The position numbers and the translations under genes are program-made. From a virus, in UHGV virus genome UHGV-0072520: a stretch of DNA of 12,477 bases. The stretch is one strand, 5' to 3'. How positions within the stretch are numbered: the stretch's first letter is position 1; every line of letters starts with the position of its first letter. The notes below the pieces were generated by a model. That model was not told the origin of the DNA. It saw only the letters and a list, made by a program, of their open reading frames with translations, and did not search any database. This document shows positions 1 through 9,202 of the stretch, one piece after another.

Positions 1-49
1 AGACTTGGATGATAGACTTCATGCCTTTGATTATTAGCTGATAGAAGAA

Positions 50-412
50 ATGTTAAAGCTATTTGCAAAGTACACCTCGATTGGTGTGCTGAACACACTT
101 ATACACTGGGTGGTTTTTGGTGTATGTATTTATGCCGCGCATACAAATCAGGCTCTGGCAAACTTCGCAGGTTTCATAGTAGCTGTGAGCTTTAGCTTCT
201 TCGCGAATGCAAGATTCACATTCAAAGCATCGACTACAACGATGCGCTACATGTTATACGTGGGATTCATGGGAACCTTGAGTGTTGTCGTCGGGTGGGC
301 TGCTGATAGATGTGCACTTCCCCCAATGGTCACCCTTATCACTTTCTCCGCCATCAGCCTGGTGTGCGGTTTCGTATATTCAAAGTTCATTGTCTTTAGG
401 GATGCGAAATGA
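50..412 (+). CDS. gtrA: GtrA, bactoprenol-linked glucose translocase (flippase), small polytopic membrane protein
   Basis: 120-aa hydrophobic ORF; N- and C-terminal sequence ([24 protein letters not shown] ... [13 protein letters not shown]) recognised as GtrA of serotype-converting Shigella/E. coli phages. Its stop overlaps the next start (ATGA at 409-412), indicating translational coupling. Confidence 0.88.
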   Translation: MLKLFAKYTSIGVLNTLIHWVVFGVCIYAAHTNQALANFAGFIVAVSFSFFANARFTFKASTTTMRYMLYVGFMGTLSVVVGWAADRCALPPMVTLITFSAISLVCGFVYSKFIVFRDAK

Positions 413-1335
413 AGATATCTCTTGTAGTTCCTGTCTTCAATGAAGAAGAAGCGATACCAATTTTTTATAAAACGGTACGTGAATTCGAAGAGTTGAAGCC
501 ATATGAGGTGGAAATTGTTTTCATAAATGACGGCAGCAAAGACTCTACAGAGTCAATAATTAACGCTCTGGCTGTTTCTGATCCGCTAGTTGTTCCGCTG
601 TCATTTACCAGAAACTTTGGTAAAGAACCTGCGCTGTTCGCTGGTCTTGATCACGCAACTGGTGAGGCGATTATCCCGATTGACGTTGACTTACAGGATC
701 CAATAGAAGTTATTCCTCACCTGATTGAGAAATGGCAACAAGGTGCGGACATGGTTCTGGCTAAACGCTCTGACCGCTCTACTGATGGTCGATTGAAGCG
801 CAAAACAGCTGAGTGGTTCTATAAGCTACATAATAAAATAAGCAATCCGCAAATTGAGGAGAACGTCGGAGACTTCCGTCTGATGTCTCGTGAAGTAGTT
901 GAAAATATCAAGCTTTTACCCGAGCGTAATCTGTTCATGAAAGGTGTGCTTAGCTGGGTTGGCGGCCGTACTGATGTTGTCGAATATGCACGCGCTGAGC
1001 GTGTTGCTGGTAGCACTAAATTCAACGGATGGAAGTTGTGGAATTTGGCACTTGAAGGAATAACCAGCTTCTCTACATTCCCATTACGCATCTGGACTTA
1101 CATCGGCCTTCTCGTTGCTGGAGTTTCGTTCCTTTACGGAGCTTGGATGATTATTGACACACTTGCATTTGGTAATGCTGTCAGAGGCTATCCTTCCCTT
1201 CTCGTTTCCATATTATTCCTTGGTGGAATTCAGCTAATCGGCATTGGTGTTTTAGGGGAATATATTGGAAGAATTTATGTAGAAGCAAAACATCGCCCAA
1301 GATATTTAATTAAAAAGGAAAAACATGAAAAATAA
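409..1335 (+). CDS. gtrB: GtrB, bactoprenol glucosyltransferase (GT2 family)
   Basis: 308-aa ORF beginning [20 protein letters not shown] with FINDGSKD and DVDLQDP motifs typical of GT2 undecaprenyl-phosphate glucosyltransferases, plus C-terminal transmembrane segments; directly follows gtrA. Confidence 0.9.
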   Translation: MKISLVVPVFNEEEAIPIFYKTVREFEELKPYEVEIVFINDGSKDSTESIINALAVSDPLVVPLSFTRNFGKEPALFAGLDHATGEAIIPIDVDLQDPIEVIPHLIEKWQQGADMVLAKRSDRSTDGRLKRKTAEWFYKLHNKISNPQIEENVGDFRLMSREVVENIKLLPERNLFMKGVLSWVGGRTDVVEYARAERVAGSTKFNGWKLWNLALEGITSFSTFPLRIWTYIGLLVAGVSFLYGAWMIIDTLAFGNAVRGYPSLLVSILFLGGIQLIGIGVLGEYIGRIYVEAKHRPRYLIKKEKHEK

Positions 1336-2629
1336 TAACACACATATAATGATAATCATATATGCTTTAGTTATATGCATGCTTACATCAAATGTTTTTA
1401 TGATTAATACTAGTGATTTTTACAGATCGGTATTTCCTTTCATAGGTGAAATAAATACATTTGATGGAAATCTAACACTAAATTATGAATTAAAAAAAGA
1501 TTTTTTGAGTGTTTTCTCCTATGATTACATTAGCTCTTATAGTTACATCTTATATATTTATGCTTATATTATTTCTTTCTTTACAAATTATTTAGATTTG
1601 AGATTGCTATCAAGTATTCTTAAGATTATTTTTATAATAACATTATACTCATTATTTAGAAATATCACCAAGGAAAATGGCGCTAAATTTTTGGCGATAT
1701 TTTTCATAATCGCTCTCCCTATGCTATCAACCTCAAACCTAGCATTCTTCTCATCTTTTTATCAAGAGCAAATAGTAATCATAGCATTACCAATAGTCTC
1801 TTTATTTATAAGCGGCAATAATAAAAAAGATATACTCATTACTTTCATAGCTGCCACCCTCATAGCTTGCTCAAAGAGCCAGTTCTTTTACCTTCCGTTA
1901 ATAATAGCAATAGCTTATGGCATATTTAATCGAGATATGTTTAAGTTTAAAATTTTATTAACAGTTTTATCAATGTCGCTTTCTTTAATGTGCATTTGGG
2001 GTTCCTCTGGTGCGGCAGCATTTAATAAATACCATGCAAATTATTTTGGTATATATGAATATGCAAAAATCAATAATATTGAGATCGAACAAAACGTAGA
2101 CCAAAAATGCATTGGCGTAGATGCGTGGGGAAATAAATTTAATCTAGAACATGGAGCTATACAAACAACTTTAGGTGGCGATTGTTTTGGTAGAAATACT
2201 TCTGCTGGTTTCGTCGATGTAATTAGATGGGTCGCTAAAAACCCCAGCATTATTTATAATCTTCCAGTTGATGCCGGGATTAAAACACAATATACTGAAA
2301 ATTATTTCCATGTATTTAATGGAATAAAATTAATACAGGGGAATACAGGGGCATTGTCATACTTAACTGAAGTCAAGGATTATTTATTTAAAGATCTTAG
2401 GTTTGTTATTTTATTCATTACAATGTTGTTATCAATCATCTTCATTAGAAAGAAACTCTCAATTTTACTCTTTACCGTATGCTCGTTTGGGACATCACAG
2501 TTATACGTCTCTTTTTTTGGCGAGGGTTACAGAGATTTAGACAAACATCTTTTCGGGATGAATTTCGCATTCGACTTAACTATATTTATCGTGATGTGTC
2601 TTTTAGTTAGATTAAAATTCAAAAAATAA
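1325..2629 (+). CDS. Type-specific O-antigen glucosyltransferase (GtrC-type), polytopic membrane protein; serotype specificity undetermined
   Basis: 434-aa highly hydrophobic ORF immediately after gtrAB, the canonical position of the type-specific gtr gene. Strikingly AT-rich compared with flanking DNA. Start overlaps the gtrB stop by 11 nt; an alternative in-frame ATG lies at 1349. Confidence 0.72.
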   Translation: MKNNNTHIMIIIYALVICMLTSNVFMINTSDFYRSVFPFIGEINTFDGNLTLNYELKKDFLSVFSYDYISSYSYILYIYAYIISFFTNYLDLRLLSSILKIIFIITLYSLFRNITKENGAKFLAIFFIIALPMLSTSNLAFFSSFYQEQIVIIALPIVSLFISGNNKKDILITFIAATLIACSKSQFFYLPLIIAIAYGIFNRDMFKFKILLTVLSMSLSLMCIWGSSGAAAFNKYHANYFGIYEYAKINNIEIEQNVDQKCIGVDAWGNKFNLEHGAIQTTLGGDCFGRNTSAGFVDVIRWVAKNPSIIYNLPVDAGIKTQYTENYFHVFNGIKLIQGNTGALSYLTEVKDYLFKDLRFVILFITMLLSIIFIRKKLSILLFTVCSFGTSQLYVSFFGEGYRDLDKHLFGMNFAFDLTIFIVMCLLVRLKFKK

Positions 2630-2660
2630 AATATTGCTGCGCCATGATTAACATGGCGCA
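2621..2660 (-). terminator. Intrinsic terminator between convergent gtrC and tailspike genes
   Basis: Perfect 9-bp inverted repeat tgcgccatg / catggcgca (2638-2646 and 2652-2660) with 5-nt loop attaa. The + strand A-run at 2621-2636 gives a U-tract for - strand transcripts just past the tailspike stop. May act weakly on + strand transcripts too. Confidence 0.5.
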
Positions 2661-2666
2661 AATTAC

Positions 2667-4628
2667 TCACCAGTCTGCTAAAACTATCGCCCCACGCATA
2701 AATGCACGGTAAAAAGGAGATTCCCCTGCAGGGAAGCTGAAATGGAGAACTGGTGCTTCCCCAACAGCGTAATAATCTTCCGGTTTGAATCCAAACATAA
2801 ACGTTTGGCTTGAAGAAAGAGTCACACTTGCAATATCTTGATAGCGAATACCGTCTTTGCTTTTACCCATAAGAAAAAGTCCGTTTATAGGATTCCCGCC
2901 ATTAAGATTGGATATCTCAAGCCAAGCCCCTACGCCCTTACTGTAGCTACTGCAAAGACATAGAGATGCATCAGAAGTTTTAAAAGCAACTCCACTGACA
3001 TCGACTCCTTGCTGGGTGGTTTCATGGTCCCCATCACCAGAGCCACTTAATATCCTAGTTGGCCATGCATTCTTCGTAATTGTCTGGTCACTTGAGCTTG
3101 GATCCGCAGGCATAACATCCTTAAGCAATTCCTGTAGTGGCCAATGTTTACCACTGCCGGCTCCACCAAATAGATAGGTCTTTGTTTTTAGCTGTCTTGG
3201 ATAAGACTTGGATGCTAGTTTAGTAACTAACTCTTGAAGTATTCGATTAGTGCGTATCCTGTCAGTAATACCTGGGTCAGCTTCACCATCCCATACAAAT
3301 GCACCAAAATTCCCATTGCCCGCAGCGCCAAATATTTCAGCGCCTCCAACTACCTGATCAATATCACCACTTATATTGCTTCCACTAAATAGAAACGCAC
3401 CAACTACAGGGATAACATTAGGAATTTCAGTCATTTTGGAAATTACACCAAAATCTAATCTCATTTTCACAAGATCGGCGTTAATTCTGGTTTGTAAATC
3501 TCCTGTTGCAGCAGTTGAATATGAGTTAACTAAAGCCAGATCATAATTTTTTGAATACCATTGATTGAACGGTCCGCCAGGAGGAAGTTGGCACACCATA
3601 AGCAATGTTTTGTTTGTAACACTACGAAGAGTTTCAATCTTTGCATCCTGATCTGCAACACTGATCCCTCTAGCGCCTGGCTCGTCATATACTGCATATG
3701 CTACAACCGCAGGATGAGTGTCTATGGATTTAACAAAACTTGGCAGATCAGATATAGCAAGCGGGTCTTGTTCGGTTCCGATAGAAACTTTTAGACCTGC
3801 TGTTAAAGCATTATCTAATAACTTAAACTTGTCGCCTTCATCATCTACAGAACCACTAAACCCCAAATAATGGTGGATACTATTAAATCCTAATTGCTTT
3901 ATAAATAACAACTCAGCCAAGTCATAAGCAGAGCTAACGTAACAAATTTTCACTTTTGCATCGAAAGATACATCTACTTCTGAAGTCGCTAATATTGATC
4001 CAAGATTGTAGCGAGTCGTGTTAATCTTAAAATTACCGATTAATTTCTGCCCCTTAGATTTCAGCTTTTTTGTGATTTTATACTCTTTGTCTTTGATTCC
4101 TACAACATCCTTCCCAGTATCAAATGCAGCCTGAATGGCGTCTGACCAATCATCATCAACAACAAGATTTGCATAATCTTCGATGTAAGCATATACATCA
4201 CTACGCTTATTAAGGTTGTCTATATCAGTCTGCTTTGCGGCCCCATTTACTAAATCCACACCACCAGGTGCAGCAAGCTCCTGTCTTAACTGATCAGGAT
4301 CGTACTTCAGCACATTAGGAAAATAGAATTGCTGTGCACCATACGCATCATAACCAGCCATAGAATGGCCTTGCACGGTAACGAATTTGGCAATCTGTCC
4401 GTTATATACAGGATAACCAGCAGCGTTAATGATGATTGGTTGAGAAACAGGAACGTGAGAGCCGTCTTCGTTCTCTATATAAACCTGAATCTGGTTTTCA
4501 GGATTTACCGGGTCCGTGTCAATTTTACCGATATAAATTTTGCCATTGGCTACGGCTTTAAAAGAACGCGCCATAGTGAAGAGTTGCGATGGCATTGATA
4601 CGATCACATTGGCTGTAATGTCTGTCAT
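2667..4628 (-). CDS. Tailspike protein: P22-type N-terminal head-binding domain, divergent C-terminal receptor-binding/depolymerase domain
   Basis: 653-aa ORF. The first ~115 aa ([13 protein letters not shown] ... [38 protein letters not shown] ... [13 protein letters not shown] ... NVLKYDPDQ) closely resemble the conserved head-binding domain of P22/Sf6/HK620 tailspikes as I recall them. The remainder is not recognisably the P22 endorhamnosidase. RBS GGAG lies 8 nt upstream of the ATG on the - strand. Confidence 0.85.
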   Translation of the reverse strand: MTDITANVIVSMPSQLFTMARSFKAVANGKIYIGKIDTDPVNPENQIQVYIENEDGSHVPVSQPIIINAAGYPVYNGQIAKFVTVQGHSMAGYDAYGAQQFYFPNVLKYDPDQLRQELAAPGGVDLVNGAAKQTDIDNLNKRSDVYAYIEDYANLVVDDDWSDAIQAAFDTGKDVVGIKDKEYKITKKLKSKGQKLIGNFKINTTRYNLGSILATSEVDVSFDAKVKICYVSSAYDLAELLFIKQLGFNSIHHYLGFSGSVDDEGDKFKLLDNALTAGLKVSIGTEQDPLAISDLPSFVKSIDTHPAVVAYAVYDEPGARGISVADQDAKIETLRSVTNKTLLMVCQLPPGGPFNQWYSKNYDLALVNSYSTAATGDLQTRINADLVKMRLDFGVISKMTEIPNVIPVVGAFLFSGSNISGDIDQVVGGAEIFGAAGNGNFGAFVWDGEADPGITDRIRTNRILQELVTKLASKSYPRQLKTKTYLFGGAGSGKHWPLQELLKDVMPADPSSSDQTITKNAWPTRILSGSGDGDHETTQQGVDVSGVAFKTSDASLCLCSSYSKGVGAWLEISNLNGGNPINGLFLMGKSKDGIRYQDIASVTLSSSQTFMFGFKPEDYYAVGEAPVLHFSFPAGESPFYRAFMRGAIVLADW

Positions 4629-4686
4629 TTAATTTGCTCCAGATACAAGGAATAGCCGCAGCATGGCTACGGTGAATTTTGGGCAT

Positions 4687-4709
4687 AAAAAAACCCAGCC
4701 GAAGCTGGG
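4687..4709 (-). terminator. Intrinsic terminator (- strand) upstream of the tailspike gene
   Basis: Stem cccagc / gctggg (4694-4699 and 4704-4709) with loop cgaa. Seven A's at 4687-4693 on the + strand give a U7 tract directly after the hairpin on the - strand. Confidence 0.5.
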
Positions 4710-4761
4710 TCGTTGCGTTGGTTATCTGTCAGTAGTTATGTACTGGCTGAAGGATTTGTAC

Positions 4762-4792
4762 AAAAAAACCACCTGACGGTGGGTTAATTTTT
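4762..4792. terminator. Putative bidirectional intrinsic terminator
   Basis: Stem ccacc / ggtgg (4769-4773 and 4778-4782) with loop tgac, flanked by an A7 run upstream (4762-4768) and ttaattttt downstream (4784-4792), so either strand gets a U-rich tail. Confidence 0.45.
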
Positions 4793-4810
4793 GCATTTAC
4801 CTGGGCCATA

Positions 4811-4839
4811 TTGACTACTTATAAAATGAGATCAATATT
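4811..4839 (+). promoter_or_regulatory. Candidate sigma70 promoter for the small + strand gene
   Basis: TTGACT (4811-4816), 17-nt spacer, AATATT (4834-4839); the -35 matches consensus at 5 of 6 positions and the -10 at 4 of 6. Lies about 35 nt upstream of the ATG at 4876. By-eye match only. Confidence 0.3.
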
Positions 4840-4875
4840 TAATCGCCCAATAATGGGTGTATGTTGAGGTATATC

Positions 4876-5055
4876 ATGGCGAAAAAACCAGGTGAAAACA
4901 CAGGAAAAAACGGCGGAATATACCAAGAAGTTGGCCCACGCGGCGGTAAGAAAGACAATTTTGCCACCGTCAAGGACAACGAAAGGCTTCCACCAACAAC
5001 AAAGCCAGGTCATGGCTGGGTATTGGATAAGCGAACTCCAGACAGCAAAAAGTAA
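4876..5055 (+). CDS. Small YjzC-like protein (function unknown)
   Basis: 59-aa ORF MAKKPGENTGKNGGIYQEVGPRGG ... LPPTTKPGHGWVLDKRTP. The G-x-Y-x-E-V-G ... W ... KRTP pattern resembles the YjzC-like small-protein family as I recall it. GAGG RBS 5 nt upstream of the ATG at 4876 (the ORF track's upstream ATG at 4861 lacks an RBS). A terminator follows. Confidence 0.5.
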   Translation: MAKKPGENTGKNGGIYQEVGPRGGKKDNFATVKDNERLPPTTKPGHGWVLDKRTPDSKK

Positions 5056-5061
5056 TAATCA

Positions 5062-5084
5062 AGCCGGGTCACTCCGGCTTTTTG
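5062..5084 (+). terminator. Intrinsic terminator after the YjzC-like gene
   Basis: Stem agccgg / ccggct (5062-5067 and 5074-5079) with loop gtcact, followed by a T5 run. It overlaps the 3' end of the convergent - strand gene, so it may serve both. Confidence 0.55.
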
Positions 5085-5434
5085 ATATGTCGCTCGCAGA
5101 ACTCAACAAGCCTGCTCATTAAGTAGCAGTAAGTCTCGTTGGCTCTTCCTGGTTCAACATCAACACCTACCCTTGAGCAGATATCGAATGCCATGTGAGC
5201 GCACTCATGGGCAATAGTAGATAGTTTGCCATTGAACACGCCTATCACATGCAAAACACCATTCTCGCTACTCATTGTATGAGACGCTCCGTTGGCGTCC
5301 GAGTCATGCACGTCAACGCCAAGTTTTTGATGCAGGCGTTGCCATTCTGGAAAGTCTCTACAAAACACAATTGTACCGCTCTCAAAGAGCGGAACGAGCA
5401 TCTTTGGTACGTTTCCAATGTTAACTTTTTTCAT
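5069..5434 (-). CDS. Hypothetical protein with HExxH zinc-metallopeptidase-like motif
   Basis: 121-aa ORF containing IAHECAHMAFD (H-E-x-x-H) followed by several Cys/His residues (DICS, YCY, FCERH) that could complete a metal site. AGGA RBS 4 nt upstream of the ATG on the - strand. No family assignment possible without a search. Confidence 0.55.
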   Translation of the reverse strand: MKKVNIGNVPKMLVPLFESGTIVFCRDFPEWQRLHQKLGVDVHDSDANGASHTMSSENGVLHVIGVFNGKLSTIAHECAHMAFDICSRVGVDVEPGRANETYCYLMSRLVEFCERHIKKPE

Positions 5435-5468
5435 GGTATCCTGCGCAAAACTAAGGAGAGTTAATTAT

Positions 5469-5954
5469 ATGAAAAAACCACTGTTAATTATCCCGCTTCT
5501 GCTGGCTGGGTGCGCAAAAGTAAGCGACTATCAGGCAAGTTGCGAGCAACGCTATCCAAAGCTTAGCGATATGGCTAATTGCCTTGATGCCAGCTTGAAG
5601 AACGACTCTCGCATGGCATCAGCACCAACACCTAAGCTGTATGTCCTTGCTGCGAAGATGCTCGGGCAAGGTGTCGATGAAGGCAAGATAAGTGACACAC
5701 AGGCAAGACTTGAACTTCAGAATCTTTATGTTCAATTACAAAGCCAAGAACAAGCACAACAAATAGCACAAAGCCAAGCATTCCAGCAGGCTTTATTGAA
5801 TTATCAGGCTGTAAACACAATGCAAGCGATCGAGCAAAAAGCGCGCCAGCCTGTTATAACTCAACCTTACCCAACACGCGTTGACACATATACAAACTGC
5901 AATTCAGGATTTGGAAACACGGTAACATGCAACAGTAGCAGTAATATCAGGTAG
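5469..5954 (+). CDS. Prophage-encoded lipoprotein, predicted outer-membrane localisation
   Basis: N-terminus MKKPLLIIPLLLAGC has a classic signal peptide plus LAGC lipobox, and Ala at +2 argues against inner-membrane retention. GGAG RBS about 10 nt upstream of the ATG at 5469 (the ORF-track start at 5418 adds an unlikely extension with no RBS). Gln-rich predicted helical middle; 161 aa. Confidence 0.7.
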   Translation: MKKPLLIIPLLLAGCAKVSDYQASCEQRYPKLSDMANCLDASLKNDSRMASAPTPKLYVLAAKMLGQGVDEGKISDTQARLELQNLYVQLQSQEQAQQIAQSQAFQQALLNYQAVNTMQAIEQKARQPVITQPYPTRVDTYTNCNSGFGNTVTCNSSSNIR

Positions 5955-5968
5955 TTACATCTTATCTT

Positions 5969-7816
5969 TTATTGCTGTTCTGCTGTAATTTGGCTTGAAA
6001 GTATAGGGCGTATCGCATTTGCAGCATTATTTAGCGCTCTTTCATAGGCTGGTGTTCCTGCTTTGGTGTTTGCCAAACGTAAGAGAGCATTCCTTGCTGC
6101 TTTTGACTCATACAAGCGCATCATTGCACCGAAACCAGCCTCAAGCCCCATTGATACGCCAAGAGTCGCAGTTGCGCCAATCGTCCTTATCCTGTTGGCT
6201 TGCGATTGCCCCGTCTGAGTTACTACATTTGCGGTGTCTGACCTTGCTGTTTGCTGTAGAACTTCATGAAGAGAATCAAGCTCTTTCATGTGCTTTCCAG
6301 AAAAAATAGTGTTGTAAATTTCACCGCCTGACTGAGATTTCAGCTTATTAACTTCAGTGATGAACTTGGCTGGAGAGTCCCCGGCCTTTTCCGCTATTTT
6401 GCTGACGTAAGCTGCACGCATAGCATCTTTCCCCTTATCATCCAGTGCGCTCCAGATTCGTTTCACGTCAGATGGTTTTCTGCTTAATACAACGGTATTT
6501 ATAAGTTCAGGACTGGCTTCACTGCTTGCCTTGTTGAGCTTGTTGGCAATGTTTTTATTAAGCACCTTATTATAAACGTTTGCATAATCGGAATTTGCTT
6601 TAAGGTATTTTGCTGCGTCTGATGCACCGAGGTTTTTAGCAACTGCGTTACGAAGGTCTTTTGACATTGCATTCTCTACCATATTGGTAGCTGCTTTTGC
6701 CTGGTTGGGGAAGACCATAGCATCTCCCTGAACATTAGATCTAAATGCTGTTCTGTGCTGACGCAAGAGATCAAACGTAACATCCAAATCAGTTGCAGGG
6801 TTTGCTAATTCTTCACGTAGGTTACGCAAGGATGTAAGCAGGCTTTGATTGGCAGACGTCCCAAGCCGTTCCTGTCTTGCGATCGCTGTATTCAGAGCAT
6901 TCATGGTATTTGTTGTATCAACTGCGGCATTACCCATTTTATTGGTGACGTCATTGATAACAGCGCCAGCGGCATCCTTCCGTCCCCTTAACGTGGTGGT
7001 CAGAGATTTCACCACATCATCAGGGTTGTACTCACCAAAACGGTCAAAATAATTACTTACCAGTTTACTACGCGTTGCATATTGCTCCGCTCGCTTTGAT
7101 CCTGTCCCGAGCAAAGCCCCCTCGGCATCCTGAGTAAGGCCGCGAGTGAAAGCATTTTTCGGTGGGATGACATCAGATGTCATTGGCGTCACACCCATTG
7201 ATTCTGAGGTGGCAATTTTTTTCGCTACTTCTGGCGCGATATCGCCTTTTATAGCCGTTATTCCACGCCCTATTCCCTTTGCTGCTGCGGAAAGAACACC
7301 CTGAGCGGCAAGGTTAACTCCGGCATTTTTAGCTGCATTTTGTGCGAAATCGCCTTTCTGATTTGCGGCCTCTGCCAGTGAGCCAATAGCCATGCTTCCT
7401 GCCGTTCCAACTCCTGGAACTAAATACCCGCCAATTGTTTCTCCAGCTTGCGCATAAGGGTCTGTCGGTCGATCGACAGGGCGATAAACATCATCCAAAA
7501 CCTTGGGGCCACCAAGCCCCTGGCTGATTGCATTAATCAGACTTGCGCCACCCTGCAATACGTCAAATGGTATGTTTACCAGACCACGACCAGCCTGTTC
7601 TGCAATTTGCCCTGCACTTTGACCACCAGTGAGCCAATCGCCAGCTTGTTGCATCAATGATGGTTCTTCCCGTGTTGGTGCATTATTGGCCTGATTAACT
7701 GTTTGTTGCTGAACAGCCTGACCAGCAAAATACTCATCAATGGCGGTGCCAATATCTTCGGTGCTCGTACCATCAGGAAAGGTAAATGTCTTACCGTTTG
7801 CAGTTACTTTCATCAT
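5969..7816 (-). CDS. Ejection (DNA-transfer/injection) protein, P22 gp16-like
   Basis: 615-aa Ala/Gly/Gln-rich ORF without obvious enzymatic motifs, upstream of and co-oriented with the tailspike, matching the position and approximate size of P22 gene 16. Start overlaps the upstream stop (ATGA at 7813-7816). Assignment is by synteny and composition, not verified homology. Confidence 0.6.
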   Translation of the reverse strand: MMKVTANGKTFTFPDGTSTEDIGTAIDEYFAGQAVQQQTVNQANNAPTREEPSLMQQAGDWLTGGQSAGQIAEQAGRGLVNIPFDVLQGGASLINAISQGLGGPKVLDDVYRPVDRPTDPYAQAGETIGGYLVPGVGTAGSMAIGSLAEAANQKGDFAQNAAKNAGVNLAAQGVLSAAAKGIGRGITAIKGDIAPEVAKKIATSESMGVTPMTSDVIPPKNAFTRGLTQDAEGALLGTGSKRAEQYATRSKLVSNYFDRFGEYNPDDVVKSLTTTLRGRKDAAGAVINDVTNKMGNAAVDTTNTMNALNTAIARQERLGTSANQSLLTSLRNLREELANPATDLDVTFDLLRQHRTAFRSNVQGDAMVFPNQAKAATNMVENAMSKDLRNAVAKNLGASDAAKYLKANSDYANVYNKVLNKNIANKLNKASSEASPELINTVVLSRKPSDVKRIWSALDDKGKDAMRAAYVSKIAEKAGDSPAKFITEVNKLKSQSGGEIYNTIFSGKHMKELDSLHEVLQQTARSDTANVVTQTGQSQANRIRTIGATATLGVSMGLEAGFGAMMRLYESKAARNALLRLANTKAGTPAYERALNNAANAIRPILSSQITAEQQ

Positions 7817-8805
7817 TCCACCGTAAATTGAATGCCTGATTTTGAGGTATATGATCCGGATTGACTCTGCTGCTGTTGGGTATTTGTCGGTTGTTGGTTA
7901 TTGCTCTGTTGTTGACTATTTGCAGCACTTGAAACCACCAAAGCATCATAAACGCGACCAGACTGACCACGTAATGAGTTATATTGGCCCTGCATTTTTC
8001 GCATTTTTGTTTCAGTAGCAGCCTTGGAATCACCAGGCTGAGGCAGGTACATTTTGGAATACTCCTGCATCTCTGGCAGAGTAATTGCTGCACCTGTTTC
8101 TGGGCGCAAAATTGCATACAAGGCGTCTCTCGCATTTACCATATATTGCTGCTCCGCTGGTGATAGGCTTAAATTTGCAATAGTCCCATCACCAAGAGAG
8201 CGATTTATTAATGCAACTCGCTTAGGGTCAATGCTTTTACTAAGCTGATTCATTGAGTCCATTGAATCTTTTAATCGCAAAGCAAATCCTGCCGCCTTCT
8301 TGGAACCCTCATTAGCCTTATCTATGATGCTTTGCGCTTGTGGCAAACTAATTGGTTTAATGCCATCACCAGATATAGGTTGGTTTAGTTTTCCGGCTTC
8401 CTCGCTGCCATCGGTGTAATACTTAGTTACCGAGCCATCAGGATTGGTTTCAACCTTAAGTAATTTCTTAGCATTGGGATTAATTCCCGCCGCTGCCGCA
8501 AATGCCGCTGCACCATCTGGATCCGCCTTTAACATTTGCGCGTACTGATTGTAATTCTGCATTGCGACTGTTGGTGCATATGCTGACGTTAACGCATTTG
8601 CTCGGCTAATATCCTGCCCTCTCGCCTGAAGTGCCTCGCCAGCCTGATTGCTGCGGATTGTCTCTGCCAGTCTGCCTCGGTCAATCTCACGACCAGCCAT
8701 CTTGTCCTGAACAGCAAACGCCTTTTCTGGTCCAAGCGCACCGAGAGACATAGTAGTCAGCATGTGTGATAGCTGCTCTGGATTCTGGATACCTGTCTGA
8801 ATCAT
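7813..8805 (-). CDS. Ejection protein, P22 gp20-like, apparently missing its 5' end
   Basis: 330-aa ORF from the first ATG, but the frame stays open upstream to 8919 with no start codon, which suggests the N-terminal coding part was deleted. Translationally coupled to the gp16-like gene. Assignment is by synteny. Confidence 0.5.
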   Translation of the reverse strand: MIQTGIQNPEQLSHMLTTMSLGALGPEKAFAVQDKMAGREIDRGRLAETIRSNQAGEALQARGQDISRANALTSAYAPTVAMQNYNQYAQMLKADPDGAAAFAAAAGINPNAKKLLKVETNPDGSVTKYYTDGSEEAGKLNQPISGDGIKPISLPQAQSIIDKANEGSKKAAGFALRLKDSMDSMNQLSKSIDPKRVALINRSLGDGTIANLSLSPAEQQYMVNARDALYAILRPETGAAITLPEMQEYSKMYLPQPGDSKAATETKMRKMQGQYNSLRGQSGRVYDALVVSSAANSQQQSNNQQPTNTQQQQSQSGSYTSKSGIQFTVE

Positions 8806-8835
8806 CCAGTCAGCATTAGCACCAACGCGATTTAA

Positions 8836-9192
8836 CCTGTCCTTGTTGTCAGTAATGAATTTACTGTAGGCTTCCGGTCCCTGAGAAAGAGCGACGTTAC
8901 CGTAATAGTCCCCTGTCGGTTAGGGAAGCTGCGTGTTGAGCTGGAAGCAACAGAGAACAACCTCATTGATAGTGAATGCCATGTTGCTGAACTGGAAGAA
9001 GCACTACGCGACAAGCAGGCGTTACTTGAAGCCTCAGAAAAGCGCATAGCAGAACAAAGCTCGATTGTTACAGCCGCTGAAAAACTGGTTCGCTGTAAAG
9101 GCCGCTATCACAGTGAGCAAAACTATCGTGCGCTGGCTGCATTGTTTGGCGTAACAGTGCCGGATTTACCACCACTGCAAGCAGATGATTAA
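8836..9192 (+). pseudogene. 3' fragment of an early-region gene (coiled-coil C-terminus), no start codon
   Basis: Open frame 8836-9189 with no ATG/GTG/TTG start. It encodes ...KLRVELEATENNLIDSECHVAELEEALRDKQALLEASEKRIAEQ...LFGVTVPDLPPLQADD and ends 10 nt before the next gene with operon-like spacing (AAGGA RBS at 9191-9195). Confidence 0.35.
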
Positions 9193-9202
9193 GGACTAAC
9201 CT

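Noticed and set aside
1-49. Possible Dam/OxyR phase-variation switch upstream of gtrA
   Set aside because: Only 49 nt of upstream sequence is in the window and it contains no GATC sites; the regulatory region, if present, lies outside.
819-1091. 90-aa ORF on the - strand
   Set aside because: Embedded antisense within gtrB, which has strong identity; no independent support.
2041-2250. 69-aa ORF on the - strand
   Set aside because: Antisense inside the AT-rich gtrC gene; AT-rich DNA readily yields spurious open frames.
3561-4598. Two + strand ORFs (77 and 89 aa) inside the tailspike gene
   Set aside because: Antisense to a gene with a recognisable conserved N-terminal domain; no RBS.
5418-5468. 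Upstream start for the lipoprotein gene (ORF track begins at 5418)
   Set aside because: The extension (MLTFFMVSCAKLRRVNY) would bury the signal peptide and has no RBS; the ATG at 5469 has a GGAG RBS and yields a canonical lipoprotein signal.
6019-7660. Three + strand ORFs (96, 67, 70 aa) inside the gp16-like gene
   Set aside because: Antisense-frame ORFs within a long coherent coding region.
7791-8135. 114-aa - strand ORF overlapping the gp20-like gene in another frame
   Set aside because: Overlaps the longer, translationally coupled gp20-like frame; Cys/Gln-rich low-complexity translation.
8832-9047. 71-aa Ser-rich - strand ORF across the junction region
   Set aside because: Low-complexity Ser-rich translation. 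The + strand frame over the same DNA encodes a coiled-coil C-terminus that ends with proper operon spacing before the next gene, so the + strand reading is preferred.
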